From Planctomycetales bacterium (GTDB lineage Bacteria; 4484-113; JAFGCY01): a DNA stretch of 32,000 bases. The position numbers and the translations under genes were made by a program. The notes beneath the pieces were generated by a model that saw only the letters and a program-made list of their open reading frames with translations, was not told the DNA's origin and ran no database searches. The DNA lies in assembly GCA_022646745.1 (NCBI GenBank), contig CP060262.1, positions 3,360,001 to 3,392,000 of the forward strand, read 5' to 3'. Positions 24,902 to 32,000 of this stretch are shown one piece after another. How positions within the stretch are numbered: the first letter of the stretch is position 1; every line of letters begins with the position of its first letter.

Positions 24902-25831
24902 ATGCTGAAGCTGCTGCTGACAAATGACGACGGAGTCTGGGCCCCGGGCATCATTGCCATCGCCCGCCGTCTGGCGGAACACGCCGAGGTCGTCGTCGTC
25001 GCCCCTGAGAAGCCGAACTCAGCCCGCAGCCACTGCATCACCCTGCACAAGCCGCTGCGCCTGAACCGCATGCCTCCCTATGACCTGGCCCCGGGCCGCG
25101 GCAGCCTCGATGTACATGCCTGCAGCGGCACACCTGTCGACTGCGTGGTGCTCGGCGTGGACCACGTCTGCCGCGAACACAAGCCTGACATCGTGATCAG
25201 CGGCATCAATGATGGCTACAACGTGGCCGAGGACCTGCTCTACAGCGGAACCGTCGGCGGTGCGGTGGAGGGTGCGATCAACCGCATCCCTTCCTTTAGC
25301 ATCAGCCAGGGCAGCTTCAAGGGCATGGACTTTGACGAGTCCGCTGCCCTCGTTGACATGTTCATCTCCGCCCTGGTCTATGGCAGTACATTTAGCTGGC
25401 ATCAGGACCTGCGCCGGGATCTGCTGTCCCGCCATGATGCCGAGACTGAAGGTGTGCTTGAGCTTTCCCGCATCGAAGAGGATTCGCATTCCACCTTCTA
25501 TCCCGCCCCCGCCCAGTGGTGGCCGGACAGCCTTGCCACGACACCCTGCATCAACCTCAACCTGCCCAAGGTGCCGGTCAACGAGATCCGCGGCATGTGC
25601 TGGGCAGTCTCCGGCCAGCGCGACTACATTGACGTGGTGCAGCAGCGCGAGGACCCCTTCGGCCGCCAGTACTTCTGGATCGCCGGTGAGCGTGTGCTGA
25701 TGGAGGAGCAACCTGGTACGGACACCTGGGCGCTGTCACGCAGGCTCGTGTCGGCTACGCCGATGCACTTCGACATGTCCAGCAGGGCCGACCTGCAGCC
25801 CTTCCGCGCCCACTACCCGAACCGGGACTGA
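24902..25831 (+). CDS. surE: 5'/3'-nucleotidase SurE (with an internal insertion)
   Basis: The ORF begins MLKLLLTNDDGVWAPGI and contains PDIVISGINDGYNVAEDLLYSGTVGGAVEG. At 309 aa it is longer than my recollection of typical SurE proteins (~250 aa). The ATG is 2 nt after the lipoprotein stop. Confidence 0.85.
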   Translation: MLKLLLTNDDGVWAPGIIAIARRLAEHAEVVVVAPEKPNSARSHCITLHKPLRLNRMPPYDLAPGRGSLDVHACSGTPVDCVVLGVDHVCREHKPDIVISGINDGYNVAEDLLYSGTVGGAVEGAINRIPSFSISQGSFKGMDFDESAALVDMFISALVYGSTFSWHQDLRRDLLSRHDAETEGVLELSRIEEDSHSTFYPAPAQWWPDSLATTPCINLNLPKVPVNEIRGMCWAVSGQRDYIDVVQQREDPFGRQYFWIAGERVLMEEQPGTDTWALSRRLVSATPMHFDMSSRADLQPFRAHYPNRD

Positions 25832-25841
25832 TTCCGCGAGT

Positions 25842-25847
25842 CATAAT
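25842..25847 (+). promoter_or_regulatory. Candidate -10 hexamer CATAAT, 7 nt upstream of the FHA-protein ATG
   Basis: The plus strand reads gagtCATAATaagcgctATG. There is no SD. Confidence 0.35.
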
Positions 25848-25854
25848 AAGCGCT

Positions 25855-26841
25855 ATGGATGATTCGACCCGGATCCTTGAAGCCGGCACGCAGGACTACC
25901 CGCTTGATGCAGGCATCGCCGCAGTCGCGGAGCCCTGCCCGCACTGCTCAGTGACAATCAATGCCGGACTGATGTTCTGCCCGAGCTGCGGCTACCAGCG
26001 CGGCACCTGGGCCGCCACTGCAGCGGCCCCCGGAGCGGCAGCTTCCAAACCCGCAGCGGAACGTTGCCCGGCCCTGTTTGAGCTGGTGGATGCCTCCGGC
26101 AACAGCTATGCGATCCCCGCAGGCGAAACCGTGCTTGGTCGCGGGGAAGTCGACATCCAGATTGGCGATGGCTACCTCAGCCGCCGCCATGCGCTGTTCA
26201 CGGCAAGTGCCGGCAAGCTCAGCGTTTCTGACCTCGGCAGTGCCAACGGCAGCTTTGTCGGTGACATGAAGCTCGACCGTGATGCCCCCCACGACCTGCC
26301 CGACGGAACCCAGATCAGGCTCGGACGCACCGACTTCACCGTCAGAGCAATGGATTTCGAGCCGGCCGCTGAAGCCAGTGAAACCCTGGTCAGCCCGGTA
26401 CAGGAAGACTATTCCGACGTTGCCACCGACAGCCCCGCGGCGGAAGCCATCATGGATACCGACACCAGTGGCGCCGCGGAAGCTGGCCGTGAAAACAGTG
26501 GCTGGGTGATCACTAACGAGCAGCATGGCAGCATTGCCATTCCACTCGGTGAGACCACGCTGGGGCGCAGTGCGGCCAAATCGGACCTGCAGCTCAGCGG
26601 CGATGGCTATGTCAGCGGCCTGCACGGCATGCTCAGTGCCAGTGCGGATGGCCTGGTCTATTCCGACCTGGGCAGCACGAACGGTTCCATGGTCAATGAT
26701 GAAGCCGTCGCTGCCAACGAGGAAGTCAGCCTCAGTGATGGCGACAAACTGTGCCTCGGCCAGACCGAGTTCAAAGTGAGCTTCAGCGCTGCCCCGGACG
26801 CGATAGAGGGCAACCCGGATGAACCGGGCGTGATCGCCTGA
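25855..26841 (+). CDS. Zinc-ribbon plus tandem FHA-domain protein
   Basis: The N-terminus has CPHCSVTINAGLMFCPSCGY (two CxxC pairs). The two FHA cores are YAIPAGETVLGRGE...YLSRRHALF...LSVSDLGSANGSFV and IAIPLGETTLGRS...YVSGLHGML...LVYSDLGSTNGSMVN. Confidence 0.8.
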   Translation: MDDSTRILEAGTQDYPLDAGIAAVAEPCPHCSVTINAGLMFCPSCGYQRGTWAATAAAPGAAASKPAAERCPALFELVDASGNSYAIPAGETVLGRGEVDIQIGDGYLSRRHALFTASAGKLSVSDLGSANGSFVGDMKLDRDAPHDLPDGTQIRLGRTDFTVRAMDFEPAAEASETLVSPVQEDYSDVATDSPAAEAIMDTDTSGAAEAGRENSGWVITNEQHGSIAIPLGETTLGRSAAKSDLQLSGDGYVSGLHGMLSASADGLVYSDLGSTNGSMVNDEAVAANEEVSLSDGDKLCLGQTEFKVSFSAAPDAIEGNPDEPGVIA

Positions 26842-26862
26842 ACCAGCCTTCCCTGACTGAGC

Positions 26863-27816
26863 CTACTGGCGCGCGGCCTTGATCTGCCTGCCGAGTTCCG
26901 GCAGCACCTCGAACAGGTCGCCCACGATGCCGTAGTCTGCCACCTTGAAGATCGGCGCGCTCTCGTTGTTGTTGATCGCCACGATCACCTTGCTCGTCTG
27001 CATGCCCGCCAGGTGCTGGATCGCACCGCTGATGCCGGCCGCAATATAGAGCTGCGGGTTGACGACCTTGCCGGTCTGGCCGACCTGGTAGCTGTGGTCA
27101 ATCCAGCCTGCATCCACGATCGCGCGTGAAGCGCCCATCGCCGCACCGATCTCGTTGGCAAAGTTGCGGATCGCCTCGTAGCCTTCCGCTCCGCCGATGC
27201 CTCGCCCGCCACTGACGATGATGTCAGCGTCCTTCAGGTCGATGAAGCCGGCTTCCTTGGCCTCGAGCGTCGTGCAGCGCGCCTTGCACTGCATGCCGCT
27301 GCCAAGCTGCTCGACGGCGGCGGATGCCCCGCTGGCCTGCACTGCCTCGAAGTTGCGCGGACGGAGGCTCAGCACCTTCAGGCCGCTGCCGTTGAACTTC
27401 AGCTTGCTGATCACCTTGCCGGCGTAGAGCGGCTTGCTGGCAACAACGTCACTGCCGCTGCCCTCGAGCGCGATCACATCATTGATCCAGCCCGCATCAA
27501 GCCTCGCCGCCAGCCTCGCGCCGAGGTCACGGCCGAAGGAGGTCTGCATCAGGATCACAAACTCATAGCCACCGGCGCTGACCGCATCACTCACGGCTGC
27601 GGCAAAGCCGTCACCGGAGTACTCACAGCCGCAGTCAACCGCCAGCACCTTGCCGAGGCCATAACCGGCCAGCTGGCCCGCCGCATCCGCTGCCCCGGGG
27701 CCGAACACCGCGCCATCGACATCGCCGCCGATCTGCTGCGCAGCCGCCATCAGCTCACCGGCCGAGGCGCGCAGCTGTCCCTTGAACTGTTCCGCAATAA
27801 TCAGGATCTTTGCCAT
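26863..27816 (-). CDS. etfA: Electron transfer flavoprotein alpha subunit
   Basis: 317-aa ORF with the FAD-binding C-terminal region VSGGRGIGG...ASRAIVDAGW...QVGQTGKVVNPQLYIAAGISGAIQHLAGM. The SD AGGAGGGAAGG precedes the ATG. Confidence 0.93.
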   Translation of the reverse strand: MAKILIIAEQFKGQLRASAGELMAAAQQIGGDVDGAVFGPGAADAAGQLAGYGLGKVLAVDCGCEYSGDGFAAAVSDAVSAGGYEFVILMQTSFGRDLGARLAARLDAGWINDVIALEGSGSDVVASKPLYAGKVISKLKFNGSGLKVLSLRPRNFEAVQASGASAAVEQLGSGMQCKARCTTLEAKEAGFIDLKDADIIVSGGRGIGGAEGYEAIRNFANEIGAAMGASRAIVDAGWIDHSYQVGQTGKVVNPQLYIAAGISGAIQHLAGMQTSKVIVAINNNESAPIFKVADYGIVGDLFEVLPELGRQIKAARQ

Positions 27817-27828
27817 TTCCCTTCCCTC

Positions 27829-28614
27829 CTAGATCACCTTGGCTTCGTTGCGCAGGGCGTCGACCAGCGTTGCCACCTTCGCCTGCACGGAGTCCCCGTC
27901 AATGATGCGTCCCGGCTGCTTCTGCGGCGGAAGGTCGGCTCCGACGAAGCTGACCTTGGCAGCGGCTCCACCGACGACTGCGGCATCCAGCCCCAGGTCG
28001 GCGAGGCTCTTCTCAGCCACAGTCTTCTTCTTGGCCGCCATGATGCCCTTCAGCGAGGCGTAGCGCGGTTCGTTGATGCCCTTGTCCGTGGTGAACACCG
28101 CCGGCAGGCTGCCTTCGAAGGTCATCTTGCCGTTGTCACCATCGCTCGTGGCCTTGAAGCTGTCGCCACTGATCTCGAGTCCCGTGATCAGCCCGACGTG
28201 GCCCCAGCCCAGCAGCTCGGCCAGCGCGATGCCGGTCATGCCCCAGTCGTGGTCCACGCCCTGGCGGCCGGCCAGCACCATCCCGGCGCCGAGCGGCTCA
28301 ATCGCCGCCTTCAGCACCTTCGCCAGCTGCAGCGGGTCACTGCCGGCCAGTGCGGCATCCTTCACGAGGATCGCGTCCTCAGCGCCGAGCGCCAGCACGT
28401 TGGTCAGGTTCTTCTTGCTGTTGTCATCGCCGATCATCACGACGGTCACGCTGGAATCGCCCAGCTTGTCAGCCTGCTGGATCGCTTCCTCGACGGCATA
28501 CTCGTCATAGGGGTTGATGATCATCTTCACCCCGCTGAGGTCCGGCTTGCCGCCGTTGATCGTGATCTTCGCCTCAGTATCCGGCACTTCCTTCACGATT
28601 ACGACTATCTTCAT
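27829..28614 (-). CDS. etfB: Electron transfer flavoprotein beta subunit
   Basis: The ORF begins MKIVVIVKEVPDTEAKI...INPYDEYAVEEAIQ. The start is taken as ATG 28614, which has GAGGTG upstream; the ORF-track ORF extends to 28662. Confidence 0.92.
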   Translation of the reverse strand: MKIVVIVKEVPDTEAKITINGGKPDLSGVKMIINPYDEYAVEEAIQQADKLGDSSVTVVMIGDDNSKKNLTNVLALGAEDAILVKDAALAGSDPLQLAKVLKAAIEPLGAGMVLAGRQGVDHDWGMTGIALAELLGWGHVGLITGLEISGDSFKATSDGDNGKMTFEGSLPAVFTTDKGINEPRYASLKGIMAAKKKTVAEKSLADLGLDAAVVGGAAAKVSFVGADLPPQKQPGRIIDGDSVQAKVATLVDALRNEAKVI

Positions 28615-28701
28615 GGTGTGCACCTCGAATAGCCCCCCGGCGCTTCTGGCCGGTGGATGCATGTGGTCGGGTCATCGCCGCAACGGCTGTGCGGGAACAG
28701 G

Positions 28702-28710
28702 ATTTTAACA
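28702..28710 (-). promoter_or_regulatory. etfBA promoter candidate: extended -10 TGTTAAAAT
   Basis: The minus strand reads tcacgTGTTAAAATcctg, ~88 nt upstream of the etfB ATG. It is the same 9-mer as upstream of glnA. Confidence 0.45.
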
Positions 28711-28776
28711 CGTGATACGCGGATCAATTCACGAATCACCACTGCCCGGCGGCCCGTCCAGCCCCGGGCGCTGTGC

Positions 28777-28782
28777 TTAAAT
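28777..28782 (+). promoter_or_regulatory. Candidate -10 hexamer TTAAAT, 6 nt upstream of an in-frame GTG of the DinG-family gene
   Basis: The plus strand reads gtgcTTAAATagtgccGTGccg. Confidence 0.35.
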
Positions 28783-28788
28783 AGTGCC

Positions 28789-31512
28789 GTGCCGGCCGTG
28801 CTCCTGCTCCACTTCGAATCCCGCTTCTCCGCGAGTGGCAAGGCCGTGCTGATCACCGAGGAAACCCGCTCAGAATGGCCGGTGCGCGGCCGCGCGGATG
28901 CCTTCGACAAGGTGCCGGCGAATGCCCGGCCGCTGGTGCTGATCAGCGGGCTCGGAGCGGACGACTACCAGCTTGACCTGCTGCTGGCGGTCAGCCCAAA
29001 GGGGCTGGGCTACTGCTTCATGGATGACCTGGCCTACCTGTTTAGCCTGCCGATCCCGGAGAACATCAATGAACTGTCCACCGCCTGGCAGTACATTGAG
29101 AAGGCACTGGCTGAAATCGCCGACGACCTGCTGGCCCAGCTTGTGGAGCTTGTCGCCGAATATTCCGAGGAGTCGCGCTTCGGCATCTTCCGCCATGAGC
29201 TGGAGAAGCGCCATGACGTGCTCAACCTGCCCCGCGCCGGTAATGTCGAGATGGATCCCTGGTACCCCGCCAGGCAGACCGGCGTCAACCGCGAACGCGG
29301 CAATGTGCCGACAGACCTGCTGGAGAAGCTCTACTCCGCCCGCGAGAACATGGCCCGCGCCTTCAAGCAGTACGAGGAACGCCCGCAGCAGCAGCAGATG
29401 AGCGAAGCCGTGGCCAGCGCACTGGAGGACGGCAAGACGCTTGTGGTGGAAGCCGGTACCGGCGTCGGCAAGTCGCTTGGCTACCTGCTGCCCTTGGCCC
29501 TGCACAGCGCACGTACCGGAGAGCTCTGCCTTGTAAGCACCAATACCATCAACCTCCAGCAGCAGCTGGTTGAGCAGGACGTGCCCCGCCTGCAGCAGAT
29601 CCTCGGCGATCTGCAGGTCAATGTCAGCCTGCTGAAGGGCCGCGAGCACTACCTCTGCATCAAGCGCCTGCAGGACACCTGGCTGGCCAACAACAGCGGT
29701 GCCCGCCAGCGCCGGGAGCATGCCCTGGCCACCGGTGGCAACGGCCTGCTGTTCCTGCTGCACATGCTTATCTCCACGCACCGCGATGCCAACGGCGACA
29801 TGGACAGCCGCCGCGCACCGGAGCAGCTGCGCCTGGCGGACCGCATCCGGATTGAGCGCAGCATGGACTGCTCCTTCCGCACCTGCCTCGGTGAGCGCTG
29901 CAACTACAAGGGCAACTGCCACTATTTCACCCAGCGCAACCGGGCCCAGGCCAGCAACATCGTAATCACCAACCATGCGCTTGTATTCGCCCTGTTCGAC
30001 CCGGCGGATGACAACGCAGACAACATCGTCTCCAACTCGAACGTGATCGTGTTTGACGAGGCGCATAACCTCGAAAGCTCCATCACCAGCCAGTACACCG
30101 CCGAGGTCGGCAACGAGCTGCCGGTCAACCTCGGCAACCAGCTGCTGGAGGTGCTGCAGAATGACGCACTGCGCCGCCGCCTCGAGCTGCCCGCCGAATC
30201 CGTCGCTGAAGGCTCGCGCGACATGCTGATCCGCATCCAGCGCCAGGCCCTGCAGGTACCGGGCTGGATCAAGACGGGCGTCAGCGTGGTGGAACAGGTC
30301 AACAACCTGCTCAGCCAGGCCAGCCTCAAGGGCCATGTTGACTCGGACGAAAGCACCCAGCTCACCCCGGCCACGGCCACGCCGAACCAGACGCGCGTTA
30401 TGGAACTGCTCGGCCAGCTGGCCCAGCGCCTGCTCCCGGTTGTCGACCGCTACCAGCGGCTCACGGCGGACCTGAACCTGCTGTTTGCCAACGAGGAAGC
30501 CGACCTCTACATCAACGATGAAGGCCTGCAGATGGACCTGATGGACCTGCGCGTGAGTGTAGAGGAATGCCGCACGGCGCTGGAGAACTGGCAGCCGCAG
30601 AATCCCGAAGCAATCGCCTGGTTCAATTCCGACCTATCGGGAGCTGACCCGCGCTGGGACTACAAGACTGCACCCCTGCATATCGGCTCGCGCTTCCAGT
30701 CCCTGCGTAAGGCCAAGCACAGCCTGGTGCTGTGCAGTGCCACACTGACGGTGGCGGACAGCTTCGACTACATCCGCCGTTCGCTGGGCTTTGACGAGGA
30801 TGCCACGAATGAAAGCGAGTGGTTGAAACTGAACAGTCCCTTTGACTACGCCAGCCAGGCCCTGCTGGCGATCGCCACCAACATGAAGCGCCCGACCGGC
30901 GACACCCGCGATGGCTACCTGCTGCAGCTCGAGGAGGTGATCCTCGGCGTCACTGACATGATCGAGGGCGGCACGCTGGTGCTGTTCAACAGCTATCGGG
31001 ACCTGAACCAGATCGCTGAGAAGCTCAGCGGCACGATTGACGACAAGCGCCTGCTGGTGCAGGGCCGCAGCGGTTCCCGCACCCAGATCGCCGACACCTT
31101 CCGTGACGGTGGCAGCCATGTGCTTTTGGCCACGCGCTCCTTCTGGGAGGGTTTCGACGTCGCCGGAGATGCGCTGAGCTGCGTGATCCTCGCCAAGCTG
31201 CCCTTTGCCAACTTCAAGGACCCGATCCACGCCGGACGGCAGCGCCATATCGAAAGCCTCGGCGGGGACAGCTTCCGCGAGTACAGCCTGCCGCTGGCCG
31301 CGATGCAGTTCAAGCAGGGATTCGGCCGCCTGATCCGTTCGTCCAGCGACCGCGGCGTGGTCTTCCTGCTGGACAGCCGCGCGGCCTCGTCCAACTACGG
31401 CGCGGTGTTCATCAGCAGCCTGCCCGGCCCGCGCCTGGTCACCGGCTCCTACCAGTCCTGCCTCGAGCAGGCCCGCAGTTTCATGGAGGAAGGACAGCAT
31501 GTCGAAAGCTGA
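28789..31512 (+). CDS. dinG: DinG/Rad3(XPD)-family ATP-dependent DNA helicase with a ~200-aa uncharacterised N-terminal extension
   Basis: Walker A is VEAGTGVGKS and the DEAH box is VIVFDEAHNLE. The Cys cluster HYLC...CSFRTCLGERCNYKGNC is consistent with the family's 4Fe-4S domain. C-terminal motifs are VLLATRSFWEGFDV and QGFGRLIRSSSDRGVVFLLDSR. The ORF is open from 28657. I place the start at GTG 28789 on promoter geometry, so the start is uncertain. Confidence 0.85.
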   Translation: MPAVLLLHFESRFSASGKAVLITEETRSEWPVRGRADAFDKVPANARPLVLISGLGADDYQLDLLLAVSPKGLGYCFMDDLAYLFSLPIPENINELSTAWQYIEKALAEIADDLLAQLVELVAEYSEESRFGIFRHELEKRHDVLNLPRAGNVEMDPWYPARQTGVNRERGNVPTDLLEKLYSARENMARAFKQYEERPQQQQMSEAVASALEDGKTLVVEAGTGVGKSLGYLLPLALHSARTGELCLVSTNTINLQQQLVEQDVPRLQQILGDLQVNVSLLKGREHYLCIKRLQDTWLANNSGARQRREHALATGGNGLLFLLHMLISTHRDANGDMDSRRAPEQLRLADRIRIERSMDCSFRTCLGERCNYKGNCHYFTQRNRAQASNIVITNHALVFALFDPADDNADNIVSNSNVIVFDEAHNLESSITSQYTAEVGNELPVNLGNQLLEVLQNDALRRRLELPAESVAEGSRDMLIRIQRQALQVPGWIKTGVSVVEQVNNLLSQASLKGHVDSDESTQLTPATATPNQTRVMELLGQLAQRLLPVVDRYQRLTADLNLLFANEEADLYINDEGLQMDLMDLRVSVEECRTALENWQPQNPEAIAWFNSDLSGADPRWDYKTAPLHIGSRFQSLRKAKHSLVLCSATLTVADSFDYIRRSLGFDEDATNESEWLKLNSPFDYASQALLAIATNMKRPTGDTRDGYLLQLEEVILGVTDMIEGGTLVLFNSYRDLNQIAEKLSGTIDDKRLLVQGRSGSRTQIADTFRDGGSHVLLATRSFWEGFDVAGDALSCVILAKLPFANFKDPIHAGRQRHIESLGGDSFREYSLPLAAMQFKQGFGRLIRSSSDRGVVFLLDSRAASSNYGAVFISSLPGPRLVTGSYQSCLEQARSFMEEGQHVES

Positions 31513-32000
31513 ACTGCTGCTCGTCGGCGCAGGCCCGGTCGGCTGCATGGTGGCCAGCGCACTGGTCACCCGTGAAGTGCAGTTCGACTGGTTCATACGC
31601 AACCCGGATGTCCGTAAGGCGCTGCAGGGCCTCAGCGTGCGCTTCCCGGACCATACCCATAAGTCGGATCTGTCTGGTGCAGGTTTCCCCGAGAAGATCC
31701 CGGGGGGAATCCATAACACTGTTATAACATGTGTCAAGAGCCAGCATACCGAGCACCTGCTGGCCAGCCTGCCGCTCGGTATTTCATCCCGCCGGCTGGC
31801 AATCGCCAACGGCCTGATCAATGGCGACCACCACCTCGGCCTGCTGTACGGCGGTGCCTACCTTGATGGCGCGCAACTCGTCACCCGCCGGAGCAACACA
31901 TTGCGCGTCGGCAGCCTCGGCAGCATTGTGGATGACAGCCCCTGGTTCTGTGAGCTGCTCTCCTGCGACTGGCTGGCCACTGAAGCCGTCACAGGCATCG
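31499..32000 (+). CDS. 2-dehydropantoate 2-reductase (ApbA/PanE) family protein. Only the N-terminal ~167 aa are present; the gene continues beyond the window.
   Basis: This gene is absent from the ORF track because it is open at the window edge. My translation from ATG 31499 reads MSKAELLLVGAGPVGCMVASALV..., a GxGxxG Rossmann start typical of ketopantoate reductases. The strong SD GGAGGAAGG lies 5 nt upstream. The gene overlaps the dinG stop by 14 nt. Confidence 0.65.
   Translation, partial: MSKAELLLVGAGPVGCMVASALVTREVQFDWFIRNPDVRKALQGLSVRFPDHTHKSDLSGAGFPEKIPGGIHNTVITCVKSQHTEHLLASLPLGISSRRLAIANGLINGDHHLGLLYGGAYLDGAQLVTRRSNTLRVGSLGSIVDDSPWFCELLSCDWLATEAVTGI

Noticed and set aside
28615-28788. 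The ORF track shows N-terminal extensions at the etfB/dinG divergent region (etfB to 28662, dinG from 28657). Similar extensions occur at 6621..6686, 7024..7092, 18770..18820, 21267..21425 and 21355..21381.
   Set aside because: The extended starts would make divergent genes overlap each other's promoters or the upstream genes. Internal starts with an SD or with the -10-N6-8 geometry give N-termini that match the family norms. The upstream codons translate to Arg/Pro/Ser-rich sequence.
28870-31821. Antisense ORFs of 488 aa (28870..30336) and 395 aa (30634..31821) lie opposite dinG.
   Set aside because: The DinG helicase motifs on the plus strand are definitive, and the antisense translations are low-complexity.

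Overview
This is a GC-rich bacterial chromosomal segment with strong G/C third-position bias. It reads as core genome rather than an accessory island. I count 25 protein-coding genes and one RNase P RNA, and I saw no tRNA, rRNA, CRISPR array, transposase, integrase or phage genes. Gene order: M20 amidohydrolase (-, partial) | SNF2 helicase -> lpxC (+) | BatA/VWA membrane protein, SigB/F/G-type sigma factor, RsbW-like anti-sigma (-) | peptide-type ABC importer (two permeases and a binding protein) plus an ornithine-cyclodeaminase/mu-crystallin homologue (-) | dnaE then rnpB (+) | membrane-anchored beta-helix protein, TPR lipoprotein, ribF, smpB (-) | glnA (+) | class II aldolase-like protein (-) | rfbB, ~800-aa lipoprotein -> surE, Zn-ribbon/double-FHA protein (+) | etfA, etfB (-) | DinG-family helicase -> ketopantoate-reductase-like protein (+, partial). 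The presence of lpxC implies a diderm organism; the lineage cannot be assigned by eye. I did not find a convincing self-contained novel multi-gene system such as a defence island. The SNF2 and DinG helicases sit in housekeeping contexts. The signals I consider most worth following are these. (1) A -10 hexamer sits 6-8 nt before the start codon at seven operon-first genes, mostly GTG, and at rnpB; this suggests widespread leaderless transcripts and revises two start sites. (2) A SigB-consensus promoter precedes an anti-sigma/sigma pair that has no STAS antagonist gene and whose anti-sigma lacks the kinase Asn. (3) A ~250-nt structured, unassigned spacer with a heptamer array follows rnpB. (4) Several enzyme-fold proteins have lost their cofactor or catalytic motifs (class II aldolase-like, OCD-like). 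(5) DinG and DnaE carry unusual extensions. CDS coordinates follow the supplied ORF track, except where I argue for an internal start. Small-motif coordinates were counted by hand and may be off by 1-2 nt.
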